A stretch of 63,812 bases of DNA, the filler included, from Reticulomyxa filosa (taxonomy: Eukaryota; Protista; Foraminifera): the NCBI GenBank assembly GCA_000512085.1. It is 11 parts of 11 records of this genome, joined end to end, with 100 filler letters (N's around TTAATTAATTAA, not from the genome) between each part and the next. Parts side by side here need not be neighbours in the genome. Positions count along the whole stretch, not along the records: positions 33,311 to 41,716 come from ASPP01029661.1; positions 41,817 to 45,267 come from ASPP01024115.1; positions 45,368 to 48,188 come from ASPP01020676.1; positions 48,289 to 52,327 come from ASPP01022702.1; 7 more parts are not named here. One strand, 5' to 3'. The notes beneath the pieces were generated by a model, which saw only the letters and a program-made list of their open reading frames with translations, searched no databases and was not told where the DNA came from. The position numbers and the translations under genes are program-made. Below are positions 37,730-51,200 of the stretch, one piece after another (position 1 is the stretch's first letter; each line of letters begins with the position of its first letter).

Positions 37730-39289
37730 ATTTTGACATAGAGATAATTGACTTTTCATATACATAACTAATATCTTTTTTAAATATAGTTTGATTTTAG
37801 TTTTTTATTTCACATATGTTTATCTCATAGTCATGCAATTTACCAAATTTTTTCTTTTTTCGTCAAATTGAAAGATGGATTAAAAATTGAAACATTTCAG
37901 AACAACTTGTCATGAACTATGATCTAATATCATTTTAATTTAAAATCAACGAAATTTTTTTGATTGAAAGCAATTTTATGTTATCACTAAACTGTATTTT
38001 AGTTCCGTTATTTTTTTGATCTCAATGTTACAAATAATTCTATTAAAATGTAATAAATCTTTTTTTATTTCTTTACTGAAAAAGTATCAATGTCAATTTT
38101 TTTTTCACTTTTGTGGCAATTTTGATCAAAGATAAAATGTATATTTCATCAAAGAAACATGACTAAAGTGATGCATTTAAATGCAAGATGTTAAAAATAT
38201 AATAAAGTTTTGCTAAAAATAGAAATGATTGAAATATTATGTTGATCGGTTGGTGAATAGCCTACTGTTTTATTCATTAAAAAACTAACTTATGGAATTA
38301 TCTATAAACTTCCTAATTACGCAAATTTTGTTCTATTCATCAAAAGTCATAAATTTATGAGACAAAATGATTGTAAATAAAGCTAGTTTCTCTATAATGT
38401 TTCTGATTTCACTGTTGTGATGATTAAATTAATTAATATATAAATTTGTTCTCAATTAATTTTTGTTTTTGTCATAAATATGAAATCATTTTTTCAATTA
38501 ACCTTTTTTGGAATAAAGTGTGTAATTACTTGTATTGTTGTGTAAAAAAAATTCATTATTTTACAGCATTTAATTACGTTATTTTTTGAAACATGCATTT
38601 GTTTTATTTCAATTAACAAATAGTGTTGTAACGAGAACTAAGTTCACAATTAATTTTATATTGCACCAACAATTTTTTAAAAATACAAGTGCCTTCACTG
38701 AACGATGATGAAAAGTTGACCTAATGTCCTAAGGGAATTGTTTTTTAACAGCCAGTGTTGTCGTATATGTTGATTATTGTAAGCACAGTACTTAGTACTT
38801 GATATCAATTTTAAATTAATACATACTGTGTTTTTTTGCTAATTCTGAAGACGTTACACCGTACGATACTCTCCTTCTTTCATCAGTCACATATACTTTG
38901 GAACATTTAAAAAACTTTGGGAAGCCGCGACAAAGCGCAGCTTGAATGAAAACATTATTGAGTCAGGCCAATCAAACGACTGTCTGAAGGATGATACATT
39001 GGCAGAGTGCATTTATCTCATATAGATTACCCAACACAAATACATCCTCCTTTTTCCTCCTTTTTGTTCGAAAAGAAAAAGCCTCACAGTTAAGTGAGGT
39101 CATTTGATTTTCGATTTTGTGATATTGTGTTGAAATGCACAACCAATTCTCAATCCATAATTATCTTTATACCATTAAGTTACACGCACTTCAGTACCAC
39201 TTTTTTTATTTTTATTAATGCAAATAATAATCAAAACATCTCATTTTCTTATTTCGAAAAAGTTGTCCATACAAAATAAAAATTGTAGT

Positions 39290-39800
39290 CAAGTCATATT
39301 CCTGACAGTTGTTGTTGGATCACAAGCTATTGCAATATAAAAATGAGGTATTTTGGATTGACAGTTTCATAAACGACAGATCTGGACAAGTAATATTAAA
39401 TAGAACACCTTCACAACTTCAAAGTTGAAATGAATCAAAGATCGTCTTTATGTAATTTACTTTTTCTATTATAAATAAATGATTTGACAGGATCAAAATT
39501 GAACATCAAGTAAATGGACTTATTACAAATATTGGACGTAAAATTGAAGGCATAAAGAGGCAAAAAGAAAGAGTTATAATATTAAGTGACTCCAAGTGCT
39601 GTAACAGCAATCAGTAATAAGATTCGTCCGGAATCTTATCAAAGCCAAATACAAGAATGCCATGAAATTCTACATATACTGGGAGAAAATGATTCTCGAC
39701 GAAAACACGAAACAGAGTCAGTAGAACACTTTTCACACAAGAAGGGAAACTTGGAAAATGAATGTGAATGGTGTAATGCCAGAACTTACATTTAACTTAA
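39290..39800 (+). pseudogene. Possible decayed coding fragments
   Basis: Short coding-like pieces (e.g. 39586-39795) interrupted by stops; no family recognised. Confidence 0.25.
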
Positions 39801-40978
39801 TCTAAAGAACATTTTGAATTTAAAATAATTCTTTTTTTCTATTCACTTTTCTCCAATTTAAAGAATTAAATCCATTTTGGATCAAAACTTTCAACTTGAT
39901 GGTATTCTTGCTGTTCTGAAAAAAAAAGTTTTAAAAATTGACGAAATAAGTACTTTTCGTATTACATTTACTCTCGTTACAAACTAGAAAGTATCATCAC
40001 TCTTATAAACTGTTTACAACTTGTTTGTTGTGAGGAACAAATCATTTTGTAAATGATATTCATTCACTTACACTGAAACATTGTAAATGAATGAATATAA
40101 CGAACATATTTTTTTTTTGGAGGAGTCGTTATAGATTGTAATAATTATGAACTAAACACCTGGCTTTCGTTCATTGATCTTGAATCTGTTGGGGAGTAAC
40201 ATTTTGAAAAATTTTGACCAGTATATTTCAGACTCTGCCTTGAAGGACTTGAGTCGTTTTTGAAAAAGCGTAGGAAAGAAAGCAGATTGAATGTGGAGAT
40301 GGAGATATCATCAGAAGGAAACGAAAGAAATGAAAAGACATTTACTTTGTGAAAAGAGAAGTTTTTGGACAGAAATAAGGCATCAAGTAAATGAGGTGCT
40401 TGGTATCCAGCCATTAAAAGTTGCAAAAGAAAAATTAGATTTTTTTTTTTTGTGTCCCTTTTTTGTGAGTTTTTAAAAAAATTTTAGTAGTTCAAAAACA
40501 GCTTTATTTAACGTGAAAATATAATGAAACATACTGTTCTTCGTCAAATTGCCTTGACAAGTATAGAGAAACAGTAAGTAGTTACATTTTTTTTTGAACA
40601 AATGAAAAAGGGTCTTTTTCCTCCCCAATGTTTTAAGAAGCTAGGAAAGAGAGGGGAGAAAACAGCAAAGAACCTTTTTTTTGCTATTGTTACAAAATTG
40701 TTTTACAATTGTAAACAAAACAAAGTTTTATTTTTGTTTCAACTGTCACAACAACTTTTTTTAAAAGGTCTTGCCACAGAGAAGGGTACAAACCCCAAAC
40801 AAAAAAGTTTTTACTTAGCATCATTTTTGTTGTAAAGACACTACATTTGCTAATAAGAAAAAGCATAGCAAAAAAAAAAGAGAATCCAAATGGTTTGTTT
40901 ATTTTTCATTTTTTTTAAAAAAAGAGTGGGTCTAAAAAAAATCTTGTATGGGTCTAAAAAAAAAAGGAAAAGTACGTA

Positions 40979-41716
40979 TTGATTGAACTATCTGGCAATA
41001 AGCCAGTAACATTCAAGCCTAATGGTTTGAGTGAAGATGGGAAAATAGCAGATGAGATTTCCAAAGAAGAAAATTGGAAACGATTACAACAAGCAGCCAA
41101 AGATGGGTTGAAGTTGACAGATATGTCATCCTTTCTTTTTGTAAAAAAAAGAAAGCAACTATGATCAAATTGATGATAACGACGATTTTATGGATGTTTG
41201 GAATGAACTCATTCAAAACAAACAAGCGCAATACTATACATTTAAAATGGTTATCACATATATGCATAAGCACTTTTTTTTTTTTAACTACGTTAAAAAA
41301 AATAAAAAAAAATCAGAGAAACATAGTAGTAATAACGAAAAACAATGAAAGAAAAACTACGTGGTGTCCAAAAAAATCAAATGAGCCACATTTTTACCAA
41401 GAATTAGAAAAAGAAGACTGGGAAAAGCATTTGCAAGATTTAAGGCTAACAGTTGGAATAAGCGAAGACTATAATTTAAGTGATGAAAAGCGAAAGATTG
41501 TGATCAAAACAGGTGAGAATTTAAAAGACATGTGGAAGGACCTGTACAGCGAAGACCATAATAAATGGTCATTGCAATTGAAGGTAGTCGATCAAAAAAT
41601 AGAGAGCATTTTAGAAGATGAAAAAATTGAGATGGCAGGTAAACAAGTATGTACAATAATTTACAACAACAAAAACAAAATGACCACACAATCTATGTTT
41701 ATCGGTATACATATAT
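40979..41716 (+). CDS. Hypothetical protein fragment, truncated by contig end
   Basis: Two coding-like exons (~40979-41122 and ~41317-41645) separated by a GT-AG intron. They share a W(K/E)x.L..L pattern, suggesting internal repetition. Confidence 0.5.
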
Positions 41717-41816
41717 NNNNNNNNNNNNNNNNNNNNNNNNNNNNNNNNNNNNNNNNNNNNTTAATTAATTAANNNNNNNNNNNNNNNNNNNNNNNNNNNN
41801 NNNNNNNNNNNNNNNN
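41717..41816. other. Artificial contig spacer
   Basis: 44 N + TTAATTAATTAA + 44 N. Confidence 0.99.
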
Positions 41817-43273
41817 GAAGAGGAAGAGGAAGAGGAGGAGGAAGAAGAAAGACAACGGATACGCAGCTTACGAACCACAAATGCTGCTCCTAAAACACAT
41901 TCCAAAAATTCGCATCACTCCAAACTAATTACAAACCTAAAATTCTTATCTGACAGTCGATGGTTTGTTAGCACTAGCAGAGAGGGCGTTATCAAACTTT
42001 GGGATTGCTCACTGTTGTTGTAAACCGCTTTTTGAACTACCACTAAATGCTTTCTTTTTATTATTATTATTATTCATTGTCCTAACATCATCCTCCTTTT
42101 TTTTTTTTTGTTTGTATTTTGTCTCTCATACTAGTTTTCCACTAATTTGTGTGCTGGCATATCACACAAAATAATTCAAACCTTCAAAACACATGCAAAC
42201 ATTTTTGGCCACTTCTTATTGCGAAAATTAAATTCAATGATGTTGAATATGTTTGTACAGTTGCTTTTTACCTTTTGCACTTGTAGATTTTTTCAACAGA
42301 TAGTTAGAAAAATACCATATGTGTGCGTTATATTTATTTAACCGGCTGTTGTTCTGAAAAAAATCTTCAAACAAACGCAAGCAATAAAGAAAAAGAATTC
42401 AAATATCAAATAAAACTTTTCATTGATTCTCACAACACACGCAGTACAAATCTTCAAGCCTTTCAAAACCATTCCATTTTTATCTACAATTTTTTGTCAA
42501 TTACAAATATTTTGTTTTTAGAACTTTTCAAAAAAAAAGCAAAAAATAATGACAATTGCCAATTACATGAAATCGTTAATTCATACAGCCTTTTTGAAGA
42601 AGTTTAAGAAAACTCACAAAGCGTAGATAATTTAAATATATTTTACAAAGTCTTGAGATAATAACTTTTTCCTTATTAATTCTATACACCGCAGTGTAGT
42701 GCTCATGATACTTCGTAACAAGCAGTTCTCGCAAAATCCAAGTGAACTTTGGAATCTCTTTATTCTAACAACATACTACTCACTTCACGACTTGTCTTTC
42801 CCCTTTCACTTGGTTGAATCTTGTTATTTATTTTTCTTTTATTTAATTAATTGTTCTTTTGTTTTAAATTACTCAGAAGAGCGAAACCTTTCGTATTACA
42901 TTTTGTGCACCTCTTTCAGCAGAAAACCCACAGCAGTGGTAAATATATGAAACACGAAAACCATAAAAAATTTTGTAATGATAAAAAAAAAGCAAATAAA
43001 AATGAAATAATTTTAAAACGGTTCAAGATTGTAGACATTCCTGTCAATTTTAAAGAGACACAGATTTTCATTTCAATAGTTTAAATGTGAACACGTATTC
43101 TTGCTGTAGCCGTAAAAAAACGCTATTAACTGTCCTGAATTATGAACATATCTTTTCTCTTACCATAAGTATTTTTGAATACTTTCAAACTCCAGAAACT
43201 TTTTTTTAAAAAGGGTTGTTTTTTAAAAAAAGAGAAAATTTTTTAGAGAATTTTGGGACTCAAGCGTAAAAAG

Positions 43274-44841
43274 ATGACATCGACCACACCTATCTCTGAC
43301 GAAAAAACCGGGACATTAGAAGGGGAATCGGTCTCAGACACTGAAACCTTGTATATTTTGGGAGCGGTGTACGGGTTGCAGGACGTGACCGAGGTAGTGA
43401 AGCGGTTAGTGACAAACGACCAACTGGTTGTGTTCGCTTCCAACAAAGTCTTTGGAGACAGCCGATATGGTGAGTGATATTTTCGAGATGTGTGTTGTGT
43501 GTGTAGTAGTGTATATGCGAATAAGAAAAACAAACAAACAAAAAAGGCGTGAAAAAGACATTGGTAGTGGTATACAAGTATGGGGGCGATGCATACGCAG
43601 CAGGTGTAGCATTTGTGGAAGAAGATAAGAAGTTGGTAATCACACGAAACACGCGCAAGTGGTATTTCCACGAGTTCAATTTGAGGCCGAATAAGTTGAC
43701 AATTTTCGGAGCCGTATATGGATTGGAAGACATGACCACCAAAACACGAAATTTAGTGTCCCGCCAAGAACTTATTGTCAATGTGAGCAATGAGACCTTT
43801 GGCGACACTTGGCCTAGTTGCGATCTTTTTTTGTACTATTTTCATGTGTATACGTATATAACTTCTTTATTATTATTATTATATTTTATTTTTATTTTTT
43901 TTATTTTTTTATTTACTTTATTATTTATTTAAAAAAACACAAAGATGTGAAAAAGGCATTGGTAGTAGTATACGGCTATGGCACGAGTGCAATGACAACA
44001 CGCGTTGCATATGCAGGAGAATGGGAGGGGACCGAGGAGTTGGAAATTACACCGTCGTCCAAGTGGATATCACACGAGGCATTGTTTGTGCAAGAGAATT
44101 CCAACTTGATTATCCTCGGCGCAGCCTATGGTCTCGCCGACGTCACTGACAAAGTGACACGCCTCGTTGCTGACAATCAATTGACTGTGTCCGCATCCAA
44201 TCACGTCTTCGGTGATAGTTGGTATGGTATGTCTTAACAAAAAAAAAAAAAACATATACGTATGTATATATCGTACATGTATTTTTCCCCCTTTGTAATT
44301 CGCAAACATATTTAAATGCATACTCTTTTGCTAAAAAAAAAAAAAAAAAAAGGAGTACCAAAGACATTAGTGGTGGTATACAAGTATGGAGCGAATGCCA
44401 CCTCGTTGGGAGTTGCGATTGTCAAGGAACACAGTAAAATGGAAATTACGTGCAACTCACGCGATTGGAAACAACATAATTTCCAGTCGCAATCGGACAC
44501 GTTCACCGTTCTTGGAGCTGCCTATGGCTTGGCGGATGTCACTACGAAAATCAACCTTTGCTTTCTGACAAATGCACTGTCGCGGCAACCAACCAGATCT
44601 TTGGAGACCCTTGGCATGGTATGTCACTACTTTTCTTTTTCAAATTTATTTTATCCCTTTCTCCTCGCTAAAAATACATTTCATTATTATTATTATTATT
44701 ATGTCACTCACAATAAATATAGGAGTGAGAAAGAGCTTGGTCGTCGTTTGTACCTCTGGTGGATCCAAAGTAATCCACACTACTATAGTACAAGAAGGCT
44801 TGGAACTCACTTTGTCTTCTCAGCAGCAATTAAAACAATGA
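43274..44841 (+). CDS. Protein of four tandem DUF3395-like (SUEL/galactose-lectin-like fold) repeats; exons 43274-43469, 43547-43816, 43945-44226, 44353-44618, 44723-44841
   Basis: Four copies of IxGAxYGLxDVTxxVxxLV...LxVxASNxxFGDxWxGVxKxLVVVY. Repeat 4 needs one extra base at ~44558 to stay in frame. Confidence 0.75.
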
Positions 44842-45015
44842 TCAAAAAAAAAAATTGTCAGTTTTGGGATGAAACTTAAACTTTAACCCATTTTTTCGTT
44901 TTAACCTTTTCCAAAAAATATAAAGTTTTCCCTTCAACTTTTGAGATTAGTGATCAGGACCAAAACAAAAGGGTTTTTCCCTCGTCAATAAAAAAATCTA
45001 TAATCGTATTGAAAA

Positions 45016-45267
45016 ATGTCTTGCTTGGAACTTTTTGTAACAATTGACTCAAAAGAATATCGACTCGGGTTGGAAGTGTTGACAATAGTAGCTTTGAAGA
45101 AACAATTACTTAATGTGCACAAAGTTGAAGACGAACAAGGAAATGTGTCGATTAAAATAACTGATGCAAATGCGTGTGATATTGAAACAGACGAGCAACT
45201 GCAACAGGCAATTAAAAACTCTAAGTTTGATTTCGTTGCTTATGTGCAACAGCAAAGGACCAATGGA
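45016..45267 (+). CDS. N-terminal PB1-like (ubiquitin-fold) domain, truncated by contig end
   Basis: LTIVALKKQL...KITDANACDIETDEQLQQAI resembles the PB1 acidic OPCA motif (DxxGxxIxSDxxLxxA). Confidence 0.5.
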
Positions 45268-45367
45268 NNNNNNNNNNNNNNNNNNNNNNNNNNNNNNNNN
45301 NNNNNNNNNNNTTAATTAATTAANNNNNNNNNNNNNNNNNNNNNNNNNNNNNNNNNNNNNNNNNNNN
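45268..45367. other. Artificial contig spacer
   Basis: 44 N + TTAATTAATTAA + 44 N. Confidence 0.99.
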
Positions 45368-45548
45368 AACTGAAAAAAGTGAAAAAAGCGACAAAACTGA
45401 AAAAAGCGACAAAACTGAAAAAAGTGACAAAAGTGAAAAAGGTGAAGCGGATGGCACCAGCAGACAAACTGTTACCGAATTGGTCAGAATCTCATCAAAC
45501 TCCGATATGGGAACGTATCGTCCCACTGATTCTTTAGGAGATTTTTAA
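45368..45548 (+). CDS. 3' end of a protein with (TEKSDK)n repeats
   Basis: 18-bp repeats actgaaaaaagYgacaaa, followed by an open frame to TAA at 45546-45548. Confidence 0.5.
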
Positions 45549-46688
45549 TTTCCCAGAAGACATTCCTAACGTGTGTTTGTATTTGGCGTGATGTTATTTT
45601 TTCTTTGTCAATAGAATATCCTCTTTGGAATACTCTATTAATTTTGTCTTGAATCAATGATTGCTTTTTGTTGTCATTATTTTTTCCAATGAAAATACCT
45701 TTTTTTTTTCTGTTGTCCTGAAGTGTGTTCGTTTTTGGGTATTGTATGTCTTGATTTACATTTGAATGTTAATGATGATGTAAGAAATTTGCTTTTGTTT
45801 GACAAAACCCAATTTGGTTTGAAAGAGTTCATTGCCGATTTTGCAATTGAAATATTTATGCTCTATTCTCTGCTACAATTTGCACATCGAATGAATAAAT
45901 TTCGGAAAAATATGTTGTTTATTATGCAAATTGTTTCATTCAGTTTAATTAAGAGCAACTGCCTGTTTTTTGAAATTAAACTTTCAAGCGGTTTTTTTAA
46001 AGGAAAAAACTGTGAAGATTTTTGTTAAAAACTCTTTTGTGGAAAAAAGCAAGTAAAATAATACCGACAAAAAAGAATGAATGGTTAGCTATCCTCAACA
46101 AAGCGTGCATTTTCTGTGTATAACAAAACAGAGGAAAAATATCTTTCAAAAAAGTGCTGGCAGCCTTTGCTGTTCTTGTTGATCGTTCGTGCATGACCCA
46201 AAACGAAAAATGAAAAAATGCTACCAGAAAAAGACAAAAAGTTTTCCAAATCATGGGGTCCTAAGAAATATAGATAATTTTTCATTACATCTGTGATGGA
46301 AAATGCGAGATGAATTTTCCAGTATATCTATTGCAACGTACCCTCATTGGCAACACTCACCTACGCACGTCTGTAGTACGTGCTGCATCAAAAATTATAT
46401 TTCAGCATTGCAACTTTAAGATAGTCAAGAATGAAACACCACCCGACTAATGTTTTTTTATATGGCGTAGCGTTACTTTGAACGAAATAAGAAAATGAAA
46501 GTTAAAAAAACGAAACATTTTTTGAAAAGATAGTATCTTAAACAATGAAAAATGAGTTTAAAAATTAAATACGGAGTGAAAGAGACACCCAAAACAAGAT
46601 ATTCACTTCTAGTTTTTTTAAACAATCAAAAAAGAAACTTTGATGCAGGAAATCAGATTATTAAAATACAGACTATTCTGAAAACAAA

Positions 46689-47324
46689 CTACTTTTTCAA
46701 TAACAGTAATTTTTTGATATGTTCGTCTTCGTTGGCAGTCATAATTTTTATGAATTCCTCAAAATCAATGTACCCATATCCATTTGTATCCGCTTCTTTT
46801 ATCAAATCATGGACATCCTTGTCGCTGACTTGTTCTCCAAGTATTGTCAAAACTTGTTTCAATTCATCAAAGTCAATCTTGCCATCTCCATTTTTGTCAA
46901 AAAACGTAAATGTTGCCTTAAGCTCATCCAATTGCGATGCCACACTCATTCGACGATCCATCATCAATACAAATTCATCAAAATTCATATGTCCATCCCT
47001 ATCTTCGTCCAAATCATTCATTATGTCTTTAAGTTCTTCGTCTGTTATTTCAAGTCCGACCGTTTTCATCACATGCCCAATCTCTTGAGTCGATATTCCT
47101 CCGTCGTTATCATGATCAAAAAAAGTAAATGCTTCTTTCAATTGTCGAAGTTCTTGTTTATCTAATTGTGATTTTCTTCGCCCTGTTTTGCGTTTTGACT
47201 TCACTTCGTTTGTTTTTACTGTGCTGGTTTGTGGAGTTGACATTTTTGCTTCCTTTTGTCTGTTTATTTTTTTTCTCGAATCTGACAGTGGCTGTTGATT
47301 TGTATTACCAGGCAATAAACTCAT
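46689..47324 (-). CDS. Calmodulin-like protein with four EF-hands and a basic N-terminal extension
   Basis: LKEAFTFF-DHDNDGGISTQE, DEDRDGHMNFDE, DKNGDGKIDFDE and DTNGYGYIDFEE in calmodulin spacing; too divergent to be canonical CaM. Confidence 0.92.
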   Translation of the reverse strand: MSLLPGNTNQQPLSDSRKKINRQKEAKMSTPQTSTVKTNEVKSKRKTGRRKSQLDKQELRQLKEAFTFFDHDNDGGISTQEIGHVMKTVGLEITDEELKDIMNDLDEDRDGHMNFDEFVLMMDRRMSVASQLDELKATFTFFDKNGDGKIDFDELKQVLTILGEQVSDKDVHDLIKEADTNGYGYIDFEEFIKIMTANEDEHIKKLLLLKK

Positions 47325-47722
47325 AACACGCTCAATTCTGTTTTTTATTTTTTTTTTTGCTGAGAACAACATTCAACTTTATGTTTTTTTTTTCCTGTCC
47401 TTTTAAGTCCACTTTTTGTCAAACTATCGCCTTCACAATTTGCTTTAAATAATTTTAAAAGAACATCGTAAACGCGTTATTTTGTAGTATCCCAATTACG
47501 AAATCTTACAATAATTTAAAAGTTATCATACTGGCCTGGCATTGATGCAACACATATGAAAGAGCCGATATTACAAGCTCTCACAAGAATTTGTTAGTAT
47601 ATTATATCAGCAAAAAAACAAACGCAGGAAGAAAACGCAGAGGATGAATAATAACTTGGTGGGTGGGGAGAATCAGAAAATTTTTTTTTAATTATCATTG
47701 TAATATTTGAAAGAGAAAAAGA

Positions 47723-48188
47723 ATGGAAACAGGCCCAGACAAGAGGGATACAGTGAGTTTAACAGGGAAGCTAGTAGTGAAAGGTTTGAAGGCTCAAGAG
47801 ATTGAGAATTGGACAGATGACTACGAATACAACGACGAGAAAGAAAACGAGGAAAAGAGAGCATCATCAGTGGAGCCACAAAAGACAACAGAGACGGATA
47901 AGACAATAGAAGCAGTAGACGAAGAGAGAGGAATAGAAGCGAAAGGGAGCGAAAAAAAGGATAAGAAGAAAGAAGAAAAGAAGGAGGATAAGAACAACGA
48001 CAACGACGACAATGAAGAAGAAGAAGAAGTAGAAGAAAAAGAAGAGAAAAAGGAAAAAGAAGACGACAACAACAAAAGCAAAAACGACAACGATGAAGAG
48101 GAAGAAGAAGAAGATGATGACGACGATGATGAAGATGACGATGAAACAGAAGAAGAAGAAGAAGAAGAAGAAGAAGAAGAAGAAGAAG
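47723..48188 (+). CDS. Acidic low-complexity protein fragment ending in a (GAA)n tract
   Basis: Open frame rich in E/D/K, truncated by the spacer. Confidence 0.45.
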
Positions 48189-48288
48189 NNNNNNNNNNNN
48201 NNNNNNNNNNNNNNNNNNNNNNNNNNNNNNNNTTAATTAATTAANNNNNNNNNNNNNNNNNNNNNNNNNNNNNNNNNNNNNNNNNNNN
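48189..48288. other. Artificial contig spacer
   Basis: 44 N + TTAATTAATTAA + 44 N. Confidence 0.99.
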
Positions 48289-51200
48289 TGCGTGATCTTT
48301 TGGATCATTGGCCACCCCTTGCTTTTGCAGTTGCTAACACTCTGTCCAAAGTCCTCGATGTAGCCACTGTAATACAGTCGCTGTCTGCCTACGTAGCTCA
48401 CCATCGTGTCGCGGATATCTCTGTTGCACTTTTCGAAACACTTTTTTCAAGCATTTTTGAAATCGTGGATCTCTGTAACCTCCTAAGTTTCTCATCACGC
48501 CCTCGTTGCGCATGTAATAGCGAATTAAAACATAAAAATATCCCCAATTTCTGTGTTGACATCAGTTCTTTAAACAAATCAACCAACGTATCTATATCAC
48601 CTTGATTTAGGTTTGTATGTTCGGTGTTGTAAATCGCTTTTCAATGGCTTTAAGATCATCATCGAGGTTATTTGGAATTTGATGCGCAATGACACGATTC
48701 ATTTTTGCAGCATCCAAAGGCCAATGAAATTTTTGGATTTTCTAACAAGTGGTGCAATACTTTCAAAGGGAAATGTTTGGAATGCTCTGCCAAGCCAATT
48801 TCATCCAATAACAGCAGGGGTTTGACGAGTTCAACCTTCGAATGACGCATGGCTTGGTTCCATCTCTTTTTGATTCTAAGGTCTTTGCTGCTTTGTGACA
48901 CAACATGGAGAGCCTTCAAATCAATACTTTTCTTGTTTAATCTGGTTCGAAAATTATCAATTTTAGATTGACACATATATCTATGAGAATTTGAAAAGAC
49001 AATGTTTTCGATGTTCCAGGATATCCAACTGACACAACTATAAATCCATTAACACACAAATTATATACATGTACATGATTTGCAAAAAAAAAAAGACAAA
49101 AATTGGAGTCGTTGTGACAATACAAATAAACAATATAAATAATATTTCCTTTAAAGCTGCCGTTTTTGCAACATCTAACCATTTTTTTGTTTAATTGAAA
49201 ATGTTACGTATTTGTCCAAACTTTGTGTGAATACAAAACATAATATTGTAATATATTTATTACCTGATTTACGTTTATTTGTTTATTCGGGACAAGTAGT
49301 TAACCATTATCCATGTCCATAATCGTTGTAATTTGCTTATCTCTTCTTTTCAACATAGTAGGACAAAGTTCATTATTCACGTCATTTTCATTGGAAATCA
49401 TTAGTGACATGGACCCTTTTTCACGTCACATATTCTTCAATTTTTCTAAAAAAGAAACATTAGTATATCAAAGATTATTTTTTAGATTTTAGTTACCATC
49501 TTGGTTAATCAGAAAGAATTTGGAATATTGCCATTTTTTGCACATGCAAAATTGGGTAGCATTTTCCTTGGCACTTGCATCTGTAAAAAATAGTTCATCG
49601 GAAATTTCAATTACACTTTTGGTTGATTCGTGCTTATATCGAATGGGATGATTGTAAACAAGTTTATTCTCAAGCAATTTGGAATCGACCAAAATTTTAA
49701 ATTGTGTAAATAAAAACTTGAAGAATATGGTTTGGTGCAAAGGATTTCGTGTTGATGATGCAAATGGACTAAATGAAGATTTGAAATTATTTAAATATGT
49801 ATCAGACAACTTAATTTTGTCTGGATTGATGTCAGATACTCAGACCAACCTGGCTTTATAACTGTGGAAAATTTTGTTGATATCTTTTTTTCATTGAATC
49901 CTTTATATCTTTTTCCTCCTTTTCCAATATTGTGCTTCTTTTCCAAATTGGAATGGGTTGTTGGTCTCGTTTACATTGATTGTCGGAAACTCTGATTTGG
50001 GAAATAGAGTGTACAAAATGTCTGCTGCAGTATATTGAAATGAATCAAGTTTGGCTGGAATTTCAATGAAGAATGCCATATCTGGATTCACATGGAAACT
50101 GCAACAATCGGTGTCAATGTGTTGCAAATGCAACAATTGGAATAAGAAATCATTCATTTCTTTGCCCACACAAGATGATATATCCAAATGATACACCACC
50201 AAATCATCTTTAGTTCTCCTTTTCTTTATTGCTATTTCTTGATTATATATTTTCGAATAATTATTGAATTGACATAGACGATGTTGCCAAAATATGTTGA
50301 CAGTGGAATCCCAATCAATTGTACTAATGTTAAACCTCACATAAATCTAATTTTTCTTCTTTTTCAATATCACCATCTGAATTGTACAATTGAACAAATG
50401 GCCTTTGATTGATTCTTTCCGTTAAAAATGACCTCTATTCTTTCATATACAAAGAATCTTCAATGTTTAATAAAGCTATGACTTCCTTGCATTCGAATTG
50501 TTACATCATTTTCTCTATTAGAAAAGAAAATCACAAACAAGTCCTTCCAAATTGTAATATTAATCCTTCGTATTTATTCACTTTTGATTTGATCTTCGCA
50601 GAAAAATTTAGAACAGTATTCAATTGATGAAGACCAAACATTGTTTTATAATCATTCATGCCCATTTTCCTATTTGACCTGCTCGTTCGAATTGCTCAAA
50701 TTCCCTTTCCACGTGCAGTTGCTAACCTTCCTTAACCAAGCGAAAAAGCACTTCAAAATTTATCTCCAAACAATTTTTCAACTTGTTGCCAAAATTGTTA
50801 CTTTGTTCGGATAGTGTAAGTATAGCTTTTACCAATTCATACTTTGATTGAGGTGTGGTATCCCAGATCGTCTTTTTTATTTTTTGGTTGATCTCACGTA
50901 ATGTGCCAGCCAATTGGAGAAATTTCCATTTTGTGAGTTATCCATTTTTTTGGTTAAAAGTTCAAATTATTCGTTTGTAAAAATTTCATTAGTTGACAAA
51001 GCTTGGATTTTTTCCTTATTATTGCAAATGGGCCCCAATAAATCCCTTTTATCTAAAATATCACCAAAATAAGGTCTACATGCCGAATACCTTGCGATAC
51101 CTCCATAATGGATGCTTTGTTCTTTTTTTCTTCTAATTGATCAACAATACTAATAAAATTCTGCCACCTTTCGTCAATTGTAATAGTTTTAATTTTATGG

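Noticed and set aside
37730-39280. Possible RNA genes in the long AT-rich intergenic stretch
   Set aside because: No tRNA cloverleaf, rRNA or snRNA signature was recognisable by eye; a tRNAscan/Infernal run would be needed to exclude them.
46552-47165. Plus-strand ORFs overlapping the calmodulin-like gene
   Set aside because: They are antisense shadows of a well-supported minus-strand CDS.
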